Source: Spirogloea muscicola
Lineage: Eukaryota
DNA: 64,000 bases
Direction of reading: 5' to 3'
NCBI GenBank assembly: GCA_009602725.1
Contig: WELB01000021.1
Span: 741,502-805,501 of the forward strand
The notes beneath the pieces are model-generated. The model worked only from the letters and a program-made list of their open reading frames with translations. It was not told the DNA's origin and searched no databases. The first letter of the stretch is position 1. Every line of letters begins with the position of its first letter. This document shows positions 50,801-64,000 of this stretch, in pieces. A program made the translations under genes and the position numbers.

Positions 50801-52899
50801 GTAAGGGCTGCAGGACTGGATGGCGTAGCATGTGCTGGAGGTAAGCATTCGTTGTGAGACTCGTTAAGTAAGAAGTGCTGCGGCACAACTGCTTAGTACT
50901 GGCAGATTCTTGAGCAAGCTGGGCAAGCTGCAGCATGTGCTGAGCAGGATAAATGTGGGTCGCCGCTGGCAGTCGCCAGCACTGCGTGGCTGTCAACAGA
51001 CAGGTAGTCGGAAATTGCAGACCTCTTCCTAGGACAAGGCTGGATGCCCTCATACAAAGGGTGAAGGCACTGGCAAGCCTGCTGGCGGTGCTTGCGGATC
51101 TGGCTACCACCGCAATCAGCACATGTGTGGTTGCTTCTGCAGGCGGGCCAGTACTGGGCGACTGAATCAGGTATTGGTGATGTACCTGCAGTATAGGTGA
51201 GGCGAGGCTAGCCTCTTCCTTCTCACCACCCGCAAGCAGGAGAGATTCCTAGGCACATGCGAGCCTTAAGAGGGAAGGTGCTCCTTTTGCAGAGGGCGGT
51301 GGCTGAGGAGAGCCAGCCTGAATGGATGGACATGTGTCTGCAAGGAGACTATAACAAGTGACACAATTTCTGCAAAGCGAGTAGCTGTTGCAGAAGCCAC
51401 TTAGATCGATGAGTCACGACTGCAAGTCAGATTGCATCGCAGTCGGAAGAGAGTCGCCACGCGAGTCTCAGAGGTGGCGCAGTCAAGAAGCGAAGCTGCC
51501 ATAGAGATGCACGCAGAAGGCTAGCTTGTGCTACTCAACAAGAAGGGAGCTCTTCCTGAGAGGGCGAGTGCTGTGAAAAGCAAGCCCGAAAAGATCTGAC
51601 AGAAGGGCTGCGTGTAGATATGAGGAGCGTGAATGCTGGCAGAAGCGCCGTGCAGGTCAGAGTAGATGTGTGCATGGTGGATGCATGGTGGTGATTGGCA
51701 TAAATCCTTAAGCATCGAACAATTGCCTCGGAGACTTTCTTGCAGCCATTTGCGTTCCCGCCTCGAGGCCACTTCGCATCTAAACAGGGAACTCACATTG
51801 TTGTGAGACTGAAGCGGCTGGCGGCCGCGCATGTGAGTGCCATCCATGTGCCTCCAAAACGTTTCTTCACTTCTCAGCCTCCTCTCACAAGTCCAGTTTC
51901 TTGCGCACTCCACTCCATGCTGGTCACCGGACTTGGTGGGACGCATCTGCATCCTGACTGACCAAATGGTGGTCAGGACTCTTGTTGGTACACGCCGCAT
52001 GACTACCCCGAGCGAGCTCAAACTGCTCAGCGACAGCGCGGGAGGCTCAGCCAGCAACTTTGGTGGCGGCGACGACCGCTCGGCAAGCGGCAGGGGTGGT
52101 GCAGGCGCAGCAGGAGCCGGGAGTGACCCGCCTGGCCGGCCGGGTCTGGCCACGGCTCTCGCCATGGCGGAGCCCGCCCGCTCTTGGAAAAACCTCCTCA
52201 AAGTAAGGCAATGGCAGACCAGCCCAAGTAACTTGGACAATTGCCGGCCTTGTTGTCGTGTCGGGACGACCGTGCGACGACCGCAGGGGGACGACCCGGC
52301 ATGACGACCTCCAGAAAATGGCGTCTCTCTCGGCCCTTCTCTGGAACTGCCCCCTTTGAGAGAGCCGCTTCCTTCTTTTCTGGAACTTTGTCAATCCCAT
52401 TCTGGGCTGGCCTTTCACATTCCGTCTCCATGAGTTACTAAGCTCCCAATTGCTGTAGTCTCTTGCTTAGCCGTGTGGTTCTGGCGCCGGCCCTTGGGAC
52501 CGTGTGCATCCTTTCTGGCTTTCCTGGCTTTCCAGGCTTTCCAGGCTTTCCACGGCCTCTGCCCCCTTTCGAGGAGCTCACCTCTTTTCCCTTCCTTTTT
52601 CGGGCTGGCCCCTTACAGCCCTCGCCCCCTTTGGATGAGCTTAAGTTCATTCACAACCATTGCCCCGTCTAGACCTTGTCCGACTTTCTTAGGCTTGGCC
52701 TTTCACTGCCACTGCCGTACATTGGAGGAGCTGCTTCTTTCTCTCTTCTCTGTTTCTTCTTTCTTTCTTCTATCGTCGCTCTTTCACTGGGGCAGAGTCG
52801 GCCAGCTTCACAGGACGGAAGTGCCTGCGAGGAAGCTGCGACGAGAGAGGACAAAAATCCTCAGCCAAGCGAGTGGCCTCTACAGAGTCACAGGGTGCC

Positions 52900-54060
52900 G
52901 AACCATGCCAGTACAAGGCAAGCGTAGTCACAAACACCGTTGGGGTCCATCGCGATTGCTGATGACCTGCTGGACGCTCAAATGGCGTCGCCTGCTCCCT
53001 TGGGCGGCGCTGCACCCTGGCAGCGGGAGTGGATGATTGTTGGCCCGTCCCCGCACTGCTCTGGCTGCCGCCTGGTGGAGGCCCACACACGTGCCCGGGC
53101 CACTTTGTCCTCTGGCTCGTGTAAGGGAGCTCAGGCCCTGCGTGCAATGCTTTCTTTTGCGATGCTATGCGCCGCCGTCCTGGCTTACCATCCCTGTGCT
53201 TGGCAGGGGTGACTCAGAGTGAACGCGGGCTTGTTGAGCATGATGCATTGCTTATGGGTGACCACACGCTCAAGTGTGCCAAAGGCAGTGAGCGCATGGG
53301 TTCCTACAACCTCCTAGGTGACGCGATGTATGGCATCGTCAAGGAGGCGGGATATCAAGTGGCGTCATAGAGCACCGGGGTGAGGCCCGTCCATATCCGC
53401 CACGCTGTCCGTCTGACGAGACGTGTCAATCTGGTTGGCGTTCTCCTGGGAGATGGCAAGCGGCTCCTCATGGACGTCGTCCTCACCAACAGCTACCGGC
53501 GGAAGAAGAAAGAGAAGAAGTGGCTCTCCTATTGAGGATAGGGGCTGGAAAAGCCAGCCCAAAAAAGAAGGAACAAAGAAGGGCCCATAATTTCTGAGAC
53601 CGGCTATGCTGTGAAGGTGGCCGAACAGAAGAAGTTGCATTAGTACAAGGACCACCCGGCTGGTGATACCTTTTACCCCCTGGCCTGGCCATGGACATCC
53701 ACGATTGTTACAGTGGTCGGTGGTCCTCTTTACTTTCGCTGCTGGCCTCTCAAGCTGACCAGCGGCGCCGGGAACACGGTGCAGCATTTCCTGGAGGTTC
53801 GGTGCCTTTGGGTCTTGTGTCCTGCTACCGCATGCGTTTATCTATGTCCCTCCAGCGGTCCCAAGCGCTTGCTTTGCACCGCCGCGCCGGTCGCGCCCTT
53901 GCAGCAGCCTCTGGCTTCCGCAGCGGGGTTGCTCTTCCTCCCCTCACCTCATCTGACTTCTTACTGCTGACACGGGGGTACTAAGAGCGCCCTGTCTGCC
54001 TAGCCTGTGGCTCCGTCATGAAAACCTGTATGCATCTGGCTGGCCTTCTTCAGCCGCTCT
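52900..54060 (+). mobile_element. Decayed CRE-like RLE fragment interrupted by an antisense 3'-end insertion (about 53500-53640)
   Basis: CLAGVTQSE..GDHTLKCAKGSERMGSYNLLGDAM..EAGYQV, TRRVNLV, LLMDVVLT and RMRLSMSLQRSQALALHRRAGRAL...SSDFLLLTRGY* (53984) align with the 9328-10640 element. Confidence 0.85.
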
Positions 54061-54769
54061 TCTAATGAAGTGCAAGTTGCTGCCTAGGAGCTTGGTTGCA
54101 CACTTCGTCGGGTCTGTTATTGATCTTCATTCTTTCCCTCCTGCTCCCTCAGAAGACACCAGCTCCAAACCTGCTTCCTGCCGACATAGTTGGGGAGCTC
54201 ATCTTCAGCATCAATAGCTGCTGTTAAGCTGTCAGAGTAGACTTATGCCTCAACCTCCCCCTTGAAGCCCGCTGCCCAGGCGTGGCATGGTGATCGACGT
54301 GATTTAGATGTGGCATGGCTCACAACTCCCGCTACTGAGTGAGAAGTAAGTGTCTAGTTCTCGATTGAAGGTGTCTACTCCGGAAGAGAGCTGTTCTTGC
54401 GTACTTGGACTCCACCCCACCAGTGCTAGTCGCAACAAATCACGCAATGTTCAATGTATGAGACAGCGAGCACTCCTTTCTCCGGGCTGCGTGGCTGTTG
54501 GTCAGTACACTGGCTGCGTGCATACACCAGCCGGCTTGACTGTGGCGGCGTCATTCAAAAACCATGCTGCTCAATGGTGGCTCCTGCAGCCAAATGTTCC
54601 ACCCATCTGCCACTTTGGCCGCCCAATCCACTGGTTCCTTGTACAGCACCTGCTTGCTCAAGACTGGGTCGCAGGAATTACCAGAGTCTCAAATGCTTCA
54701 CATTTTTTTACCAAGGCTACGTAGGAAAGTCTTAGGAGAGGGGTCACTTGGCTTATACTAGGCAGAGCC

Positions 54770-56340
54770 TTAACCAGATGTGTCTTCTGAATGCTGAAAA
54801 TTTTGAATGTTATACACTTGCATGCCCTGTGATTCTCCAGTCATGTTTACACCTATGCTGCATAGTTGGTCGAGGTATATAGGCTTCAGCGCTTGACCAC
54901 TTGGTGAATACCCTGTCAGAAATGCTCGACCACATATTGATAGCTTGCTCAACGTTTTGCCAGGCTGACGTCTTCTGTGCGCTATACGGCCTCATAGCCA
55001 CGCCCTGCAGCCACGGGGACAGGGCGTGCATAGATATCAGTAGGCAGCATGTAACTCGGCACCTCCTCAGCAGGTGTACACTAACCAGGTACACAGGAGT
55101 GCCGACATTTAGAGAAGCATCACGTCAAGAAGCATAAGCTAGGCTCCCTTGCAAAAGAGGGACAAGGTGGCGCTTGCAAGCGTGTCATGGCTGTTGTAGA
55201 TACCATGGCTGTTGTAGATAGCATGGCAGATTCTCACCATGATTATGATCGTGCACATACTCATAGCCAACAGATGACTTACGTAACATTCAACGGGCTG
55301 TGAGCGCCAAACAGTGCTGTACTCACTTACACGGTGTCCAAATAGTTGTGAGCACGTTCCCGACCTTACCCAGATGGCCGTTAGCCTCGTGCAGGGTGGT
55401 CCATGCCGCCCTGGCACTGGTGCAGTCGTCCGTCCAGTCTGTTTCGTCCAGGCTCGTCCGGATGGACTCGCATGCCCCCGAGCATGCTCGGCCTCGGCTC
55501 AACGGCATGGCGCCTGTCGAGACACCTGTGGATCCCTCGTGAGGCATGTACTTCAGCTCCTAGCTGTATATAAGGGTGTATAAGGGGCCGAACGCTACAA
55601 CTCATCTGTGCATGCTTGTCAATCCTCTTACTAAGCAAGGAGACCATGGGCCCCGTGCAGCTTGCTCGTTCTCACGGCAGCTCATGTCAATAAGGCTGCC
55701 GGTATGATTGTCTACAGATATTGCAGGACATGTACACTTAAGGCGTACGTGCGGAGCAAGTGTTGTGTCTTCATCATTAGCAAGCGTTATCTTAGCAAGC
55801 GTGATCTAGGACATTAGCGTAAGGCTCAATGTGATCCTCGCTTCGGTCAAGTGTTGAAAGACTGGCAGAAAAAGGTTGATGGCAGTAGAGTAGCACAGGC
55901 AGGTAGGGACAAGCATGATCAAGAATAAGTTCCTCCACCTTATCATGGCACTCAGAGATGATTAGCTTGAAAATGCGTTCAATGAGTTGAAGTTGAAGTA
56001 TCTGCTGGAGAACGACTTTACTTTATGCATTATATTCACAATAACCTCAACTCTCTCCACTGATGCAGCAAGAGATGCTGCCACAAGAACTCAACTGATG
56101 AGTGGAAGTAAGAGATGCACAAAGCAAGAAGCATTCTCCTCATTGACATGCCCAATAACAGTCCTCCATTTGCATTTTGACTTCCTTGCAGGCTGTGTCA
56201 AGATCCAAGATCTCCTGCTTGCATCAATATTGCTCGCTTGCTGTCAAGACCATCAATTGCCACGCCCTCCTATATATTGTAAGAGAGTATTAGAAGCCAG
56301 ACATGCTGTCCTACAGATTGGCCGCACCTATGATACTTGC
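54770..56340 (-). pseudogene. Unknown family, copy J
   Basis: ETDWTDD...NGHLG and SIGVNMTGESQGMQVYNIQN match copies E, H and K. Confidence 0.4.
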
Positions 56341-56449
56341 AAGAAATGAGGAGACATTTGCACCTAAATGACACCATTTTGTTTTACTGAGAGATCTTGC
56401 TGTTGCAATACTGCAATTTGCTCAGCTATACTATGCTCACTGGTAGTCA

Positions 56450-58400
56450 GCATTACTATCCCGGATCCAGCAATTCTGGATTCTGAATCTGGAGTATGAG
56501 ACGTCTAACTTCTCGCGGCCTTTGATTGTAGCAATCTCCAACAAAGGCTGAGGCAACATCAGTTTCTTGACTCATATGTTTCCAGCAAGAGGAGCATATC
56601 TGTAAACTGTCTTACCCAGTGCCTGTTACTTCTTTCCGAAGTGCTCCTCACTCACGGCTGCAGCTCAGAGAGTGCTCCCACTTACAGCTGCATTCCATGG
56701 CCCCTTCGAAATTGCCTGCTTCACTTCTCTTTTATGTGATGAAGTGGAGTTGGCAGCAAAGCATCACATATAAGGTAACATCACCAAACCCATGACTGTC
56801 CTTGACCAACTTGAGAGAAGGTCTTCCAGTACCTTCTGAGGTCCTTCAATGTATATTATCAAAGGGGTAAGCTATCAAGCAAGGTAGGTAGGATAGGTAC
56901 ACTTGTAACTTTGAAAGCACTAAGTAGTCAGGGACACAGCGCGGACCACTGCAATGCTTAGCCCGGCTGCCTTCTCTGACAGGAGCACAATTCAATGTCC
57001 AAGCATACCAATGATTTCACAGCCAACCGCAGTATTACTAGCCTTGCTGTGATTGCAACTGAGTAAGCTTACACAGTGTCATACTTTGAGGTGACCTAGG
57101 GCAAGACGGCAACTTGACGTCTGTAATGCTTTGTGACTTTTGCATGGAAAATGAGAAATCTGCGATTGAGACAGCTAATTTCCGGGCTTGCATAGAAGCA
57201 AGTGCAATCAAAAGAGTGGTCAAAAGGTGGGTCATGTATGTATGGGGACCATTGTATAAAAGCTGATGCGGGCAAATGTGCCTGTCATGCATATCTAGAA
57301 AATATACATCAATCCCCTTGCGCAAGCTAACTTCTCTGCACATACAACTAGGCTTCAGCGCCATCAGTGAGGCCAAGGCGTCTTTGTCACTTGAGGCGGT
57401 TGAACAGAGCAGCAAGTGCTATTGAGATGCTGAGGAGGCCCACAACTATTGCTCCAGAATAGGGCACGTGCCTGCTGAAGGTGTATCAGAGGATTAGATG
57501 TGGTTGGTTGAACTTACTGGTGTCAGTGGCCCTTTGAGGAAGACCTAGACATCTGGGAGAGAGCTCACACAGCCATTGGCAGCGCGATGGGCAAAGCACA
57601 CATAGAGTCTATTGGAAATGAACTGGTTTGCTAAAGATCTAAAATCCGTTTGAGACCCACCGTATGAAATGAGGTCCAAACTGTGCATTACAGCTTGGAC
57701 ATATATGCAAATAAGTACAGCATTAGAAGCAAGCCTGCAACTCACCAAGACGGGGCTTGCACTTGATGGAGCAAGGGCTCAGGCAAGAGATACTGATTAT
57801 AACCTTTTGCCTCAACGTCGAGAATTCGAAGGGCTAAAAAGAGTTGAACGGCGTAGTCATTCCGTGCTGCTTTTAGAGTTTGCAACGTGCCCCATGACAA
57901 GGCAAGAGTCTGCTCGTAACCCCAGCACAACATCAGCGCAACGAAGTTACCTACTGTAAGTCCATTGCCAACAACGTTGACAAGTTTCTGCTCGGTGTAT
58001 CTAGGTTGAGAAGCTAGACCGTTAACAAATGAGCAATAAGAAAGGTTGACATAGGTAGTACGTTGTTAATCCCAGCCGTGGCAGCACAGAATGACTTGGC
58101 ATATTTACAAAGAGGAACTGACACGTACCTTGCGGCAAGAGTAGTATGCATCATAAGTAGCTGCCACAAAATTCTCAAGCACAATCTTGATTCCACTTGA
58201 AAGAACTCGACTGGTCTTACAAAACTCCACTATATTTTGCAGAACAGTAAAAATAGCCTCCGATACGAGCTCTCGAAATGCTTCTTGCGAATCTTGGCGA
58301 CTGCCAGGCCAGCTTTTCAGGACCTTCTCCCCAGACTCTTTGATGGTGGTGTACAGCTTCATGCACAAGCAGATGATCAAATTGGTGAAGTGTGCTGTCT
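56450..58400 (-). pseudogene. Unknown family, copy K (most complete motif series)
   Basis: In order: GEKVLKSW...LENFVAATYDAYYSCRK|GT (donor 58129/58128), LQTLKAARN..LFLALR, CRLASNAVLIC, GGSQTDFRSLANQFISN, HDRHICPH, IGMLG, RFRIQN. Stops and frameshifts are present. Confidence 0.55.
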
Positions 58401-59387
58401 AAAAGCCAGTAACACGAGATCACAGAAGTAGAGTCTGTCAACATGGACACCATAGGCGCTGTGTCCATGACCTCGTGCAACCAGCAACAAAGATGCGCAG
58501 ACGTGAAGGCTGTGGCAAATCGTTGGAACGCGACTGCCACCCCTTCCAGATGCAGTACAGATATGGAAGCGTGTTGCTTACATGGGATCATCTGTCCAAG
58601 ATTTGCATCCTAGAGGTCTCACTTACTGTAGCCGGCCTATCAGAAGTGCTGTCGGGAGAGCGTTGAGCGTCAGCCACACTGCTTGTCATGGACACGGGTG
58701 GCTGCCCTGAGTCCACAGGCCTTGTGTGATGGTCTCCCGCGTGGACCGCCGGCTGGTAGCTGCAGAGCCGCCAGAAGCCCGATATGGCGCCGCCAGCGAG
58801 CCGGGCGCGGCGATGAGCAGAGGGCAAAGCACAGCGGCGCAGGAGATGGGGGTGGGGTTTGTATTGAGTGACGGAGGGCGTGAGCAGGCAAGTACAAAGG
58901 CAAGCACATGACAGATGTACATGGAGGCGCGCGAGAGCGCAGGCGGCTCTAGCAGGGCAGGGAAGCGAGGACGGCTGCTGGCAGCGGTCAAGGGCGCAGT
59001 AGTTGCCTTGGAAGGAGCGCCGCTTCCGGCGACGTCGACGGCAGTCTTCTACGGCCGCTGTCCCTGACGTGGATCGACCGACCCGGTGTAAATGGCTCCT
59101 AGCCAGCGCCACTGTGTGGCAAATGTGTGGCAAACGGCGCCTCTTCGTCCTCAACGGGGGCAACAGGCGTCCTAGTCAGCGCTCGATGTGGCGCCTCCGT
59201 GGCGGGCCCCCGCGTCCGGGCACGCAAAGTTGTGACCCTCGGCCGTTCCATGTACACCGCGCGACACGTACCCCTTGGCGCGACCGCCCGACCCAAGTGC
59301 GAGTTGGCACTTCCCCGGCCCTAAATGTCAGCTGGAGCTTTCCATGGGCCCGTCGCGCCGCCTCGCGGCTCGCGCGCGGCGGCCCAA

Positions 59388-62084
59388 ATGAGCGCCACCG
59401 GCGGCCGCNGGCGGTGGTGGCGGCGGCCTCGGGGCCCCAGCTGTGGCTGCCGACGGGGGGCCCCGCCTGCGCCCGCCTGCTGGCCTGCGCCCGCCTGCTG
59501 GCCTGCGCCGCGCTGGTCGTCATCCTTGCCGCCACCGGCCTGCCCTACCTTCTCGTCGGCGACGGCTTGCAGGTGCCGCCGCAGGCGACTACCCGCCACC
59601 CTGCCAGCCTCATCCCATCTCGGGCGCAGCCCGAGATGCTTCATGCTGAGCAGAAGGAGGCCCCGTCCCGCAGGCGAGCGGCGCGGCGTCGCGGGCGGCG
59701 GCGGCGGCGCGTGACGCCGCAGGACCGCCTTCCCCGTCTTCCGAGCCCACGCTGTTGGACGAGGAGCGCATCTCCACTGTGCACAGCGCCAAGGTGGGCG
59801 GCGCATCCTGCCGTTGCCACCGCCTAATGATAGCATGGCAGAAAGGCCTGCGTGCTGCCGGCGTGTCAGCTCGGAGCGTCTGCAGCGTCTGCAATGCTAA
59901 ACTCTAAACCCTAAACCCTGAACCCCAAACCCTCACCCTAAGTCGCTAAACCCTAGCTTATAAATGGCAGAGCGGCACGCTCAGCTCGTTGAAGTTGCGC
60001 AGCTTGAGCAGTGACCTCACCTGAGGCTGATTCCTTACCAATGCCAAGTAGCTCAACAGCGTCAGCTTCCGCGCCCTCTTGCAGTTCAACAGCGTGGCCA
60101 TCTGTCTTGTTGGCGGGGCGCGCATGTTTGAGCTCACTGGACCCACCATCAAGCAGCATGTGCTACGTGCGTTCGAGGCTGCTGACATCCTCATCAATGT
60201 GCCGGTGGATGAGAACACACACAAGATGACTGTCCTGCTTGGGGCACAAAACCTCGTCTCACTGCGCTTCTTCGCGCAGACGCCCATTGGGGACCTCGAC
60301 GCTGCAAAGGCCGTGCTCATGGCATCAGGGTCCCCAAACGGCCTGCAGGTGGAATACAGTAAGCCCTTATCCTGGGAGCACAAGATTTTCGCTTGAGGGT
60401 CTCGACGTCAGGAGCTGTAGATTTTTTCCAGATCCATACAGCTCTTCACGGACTGCTATTGTGTGCATGTCAGGCAAGTACGATGCCCTGAAGAACCTGA
60501 GACAATGATGTTTATGTGTCATGTCGAGGTTTAAGAGTTGGTGTGTTTATATTCTTCTTGTATATATTCTGCTCATCTGGCACTGCTCGCCCTGTCCTTG
60601 GGTGCCCGCCTGCCGCGCTTCTGCAGGGCCTGCTGCAGTATTTCAACCTCGTTGAAGGCTGCCTGAAGCTGATCAGCGACCGAGAGACAGCAGCTGGGGT
60701 GAGCTACAGTTGGGTGCTGCGTACACGTGTGGACACGTTCTGGACGGGACCACCACACACGTTGGCGGCGTACAGTCCACGCAAGTACACTGTGCCGCAT
60801 GGCTGCAGCTACGGCGGCTACAACGACCGCTTTGGCATGGGAGACATGAACACAAGCAGCGCTGCACTGGCGCGGTTGAGCCTGCTACCCGAGATCCAGC
60901 GCGCTGGCTACAGATCGCTAAACTCGGAAAGAGCATTTCGAGCGCAGCTGGAGGTGCGTGGCGTGGCGGTTGCAAAGGTTGACCTTCCCTTCTGCGTGCT
61001 GAGCATGCGGCGCTATGGCTGGCCGCGTGGCGTGCAAGTTGTGTCACTGAGCAGCCGGGGATTCATGAACGGCGCCAAGTGCCGGCCATGCAAACCAGCG
61101 GCCGTTGGCGACGAGGCACTAGCACTGGTGCGCGTCGTGGACGGCGATTGGGCTGACCACGGCGACGGCGTGGAATTGTGCGACCCACGTGGGCCCTGGA
61201 AAGCTGGCTGGGAGGCCATCTTCGATGCAGCGGCTGGCCCCGAGGCTGCTGCATTGCGCCTTGATGTCGATGCGCGGGGCTATGGCAGGTGCGTCACCGA
61301 GATGGCAGCCCTGCAGGGCTCCGCAGCAGCCTACGATGGCCCGACGCCGGAGCTGATCTGCCTTCACGGCCGTCTGGGCGCCACATCAATCACGGGCTCT
61401 GGCGCCGGTCAGTGGCCAGCCTTCCTCAACGGGTTCCTTGGCAACAGCAGTGTCGTGTATTCGGGTGGCATCGGTGAGGACCTGTCATGGGAGTCGACAG
61501 TACCCGGGCGGTACAATTGCACAGTGCACGCCTTCGATGCCACGCCGCTTGGCGCCCCCTCTCAGGAGCTCATTGGCGCGCAATTGTTGCCCGACAACGT
61601 TGTCATCCACGACGCCTGCCTGGGGGCGCACAACGGCAATGCGACTGTGCGCGCCGTGTTGCAATCTGGAAAGCCGGTGGGCACCTTCACAATACTGCCG
61701 GCTGTTGCGGCACCGTATGAGCTCGGGCCCCAGCAGGTTGCTGTCCAGGTGACGACACTGGCGGCGGCAATGGCTAGCCTTGGCCATGCCCGTGTGGACG
61801 TGCTCAAGCTGTCTGTGGAGGGGGCGGAATTTGAAATGATCGAGGCGTGGGGTGCAAGCGACGCGCCGCCGCGAGTGTGCCAGCTCCTTGTCTCCTTCGC
61901 GAGCAGGTGGCTAGGCGCACAGGGCATAGCTCTCCGTGATGCAGCAGTGACAACTCTGCAGCGCCTTGGGCTCGAACTTGTCTCTTGCGTGCAACGGGCG
62001 GCTGATGGCAGCCCCAGCAAGTGCGTCTTCTTGTCACCATCTGAGTGCAAGTCCGGCATGTTCCGGCACGTCATGGAGACGTGA
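59388..62084 (+). CDS. Type II membrane protein: plant uncharacterised, putatively glycosyltransferase-like domain fused to an FkbM/METTL24-like SAM methyltransferase; exons ~59388-59572, 59674-59793, 60085-60348, 60627-62084
   Basis: Has a TM segment (LLACAALVVILAATGLPYLLV). The motifs VAICLVGGARMFELTGP, SPNGLQ|GLLQYFNLVEGCL, RTRVDTFW, NDRFG and LNSERAF match a conserved land-plant family (from memory). The C-terminus has VVYSGGIGEDLSWE..CTVHAFD and VDVLKLSVEGAEF. Introns are phase-0 GT-AG. The start is uncertain because of the N at 59409. Confidence 0.85.
59897..59954. repeat. Degenerate interstitial plant-type telomere repeats (CCCTAAA) in an intron
   Basis: ctaaactctaaaccctaaaccctgaaccccaaaccctcaccctaagtcgctaaaccct. 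Confidence 0.8.
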
Positions 62085-62389
62085 CAACCTTTCCACCCCT
62101 CCGCTTTCCGAGGGATGGCAATGACCTGCTGCCTGTCATTGCTTGCTTTTGGCCACCATCATCCCCCCAATCTCCCTCTACCTTGGCGCTCCGCAAGTCG
62201 CACTTGCTAGCAATTCCGCTGCCGGAAAAGGCGGGCGTAAGCAGCTGCAGCTCATGCCGTTGTGCAACAGTGCGGGCCGGCCCTTCCTGGGGACTGGGAA
62301 GAGCAGCGGCCGAATTGGGGAGGTCGATGCAACCTTGTAGCGCCTCTCTTCTCGGTGTTTGTGAGCTCGTCAGCGCTGCGTGGAGCTTT

Positions 62390-62545
62390 GCACTTGCTGA
62401 GTTGAGGTTATTGAGAGCCCCCTTGCTGACGTCCTAGACACCAGTATCCTGCTTTTTGCGCCATCCGGCCGTTTCAGACCTTGTCCATTCCTTTGGGCTG
62501 GCCTCTCACAGCTATTGCTGACACTCGGGAAGAGCTGTTTTCTTT
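62390..62545 (+). mobile_element. CRE-like 3' remnant
   Basis: LAELRLLR followed by a UTR near-identical to 412-515. Confidence 0.65.
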
Positions 62546-64000
62546 CACCTGGGAGTTGCTGATGGCAGCAGCGGCAGGCCAATGCGCCGGGCAGGGATGG
62601 GGGTGAGATGGGATGAGGGCGTCAGGGCAACAAAGACGACGCCGCTGATGGCGCACTCCGGGGTTGCCGGCTTTGGCGGGAACGGCCCGTCTGGTCAGTT
62701 CGTCGACACTCAGAGAAAGAAAGGACGCTTCCAGGAGAGGGCGGTGGCTGTGAGAAGAAGTGGCTCTCCAAAGGCAGCCAGCGTGCTGCTGCCGTCGTCG
62801 CGCCAGCGAAGGCGTGCTGACAGCGAGCTGCTGGCGAGTGTCAATACAAGCGGACGAGCAGGCTCGTCCATGGCTCACGGCTGCCATGAGAGACAGATCT
62901 TCCAACGTAAGGCAATGGCTGTGAGAGGCCAGCCCAGGGGTTAACGCAAGGTTTGTAAGGGCCGGAAGGCGCAAAAAAGCAGCAACAATGCTTCCCTTTT
63001 GCGGCGGGCAGCAAATCGCGGCGGGGGCATGCCGCGGCGGCGCGGTGGCGCTCGGCTTCGCTTTGTCGTCTCGTCGGGTTCGGGACGGGCTCCGTTTCGT
63101 TGGGGGAGTCTTCAACGCGCGCGAAGGCGGGAACGCGCCGCGTCGGTATCCTGTCGATGCCTCAGCTTTGCACGCGGACAGCCGCTCACATCGCCCGCCG
63201 GATGTTCGACGTCACTTCTCATTCATGGTGGTTATCAATCGGAAGAGTCTTCCTTCCATTCCCTCTGCTTTGCGCTTTCCGCTTGAGTTGGCCTCCATCT
63301 CAACTCATGCAAATAGCGAGCTTCTTCATGTCCGCTTCATCGCTGTTTCAAGAAGAGGCGCCTTTGGGATTGCTAGTGGGCGTTGAGGGCCAGTAGTGTT
63401 GACACATTCTGAATTCACTGAATCAGAGCACTTCAGCTTAGTGGCAAGGATACGCTGCATCTTGCACACCCTGCACAATACGGTAAGCAGTTTGTGGTCT
63501 GGTTCTCACAACCAGGCAACTCTTCAGGCCAATTACGGAGGCAGGTCCGTCCTGCTACTTGCTCGAGAATGAAGATGCCTACTGACTGCTTCCAAAGGGT
63601 CCTACTGACCATTCTAGAACTTGCCCACGCCCGCAAAGTTGGCAATCTTCTCCTCGCCCGGCCCTACAAGAGACCTTTACGTATTTGAACTTCTACTTGG
63701 CAGAGGCTTTCTGCAGCTTGATATTTTCGAGTCCATTCGAACTTTATCAAGCAAACAGTCCCCCGAAAATTGATCAAAGCCCTGTCATTGGCCTTCAACG
63801 GTCCTCTGCAGCAGCTGCAGCACAACTCTGGTCTCGGGAGAGGTAGGCTGTGGAGGCTGGGTAACGACCTTGACATGATCTTGACTTCTTGCTGGGCGCT
63901 GGGCACTGGAGCTGGTGACAAGTGCTGAGGTCGCTAGAGGCTCCAAGCTTCAAGCAGCAAGCTATGCATCATGCAACAAGATCCATCTCACAGGGAACGA

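Overview
This is eukaryotic nuclear DNA, most likely from a streptophyte green alga. That is an inference from GT-AG introns, a WRKY gene, a land-plant-type uncharacterised gene and TTTAGGG-type repeats. Four spliced genes can be modelled by hand: (1) an intron-containing, secreted PstS/DING-like phosphate-binding protein (22540-23709, +); (2) a probably N-myristoylated protein with 18-residue helical repeats and hydrophobic segments, carrying one net frameshift (37905-40044, +); (3) an atypical WRKY transcription factor with WRKYGKK and a C-X8-C-X23-H-X-H finger (45719-43782, -); (4) a plant-type uncharacterised domain fused to an FkbM/METTL24-like methyltransferase (59388-62084, +). The rest is two overlapping layers of decayed DNA. 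The first is more than 20 5'-truncated ends of CRE-like (restriction-like endonuclease, RLE) non-LTR retrotransposons from several subfamilies, sharing a C-terminal 'SD(L/F)xxLTRGY*' peptide and often stacked on each other. The second is about 10 diverged, mostly pseudogenised copies of an unidentified multi-exon gene family. Copia remnants, a triplicated ~450-bp palindrome-containing unit, a GA microsatellite and an AT-rich island are also present. No rRNA, tRNA or CRISPR array was seen. All family assignments rest on remembered motifs and alignment by eye, not on searches, and remnant coordinates are approximate.
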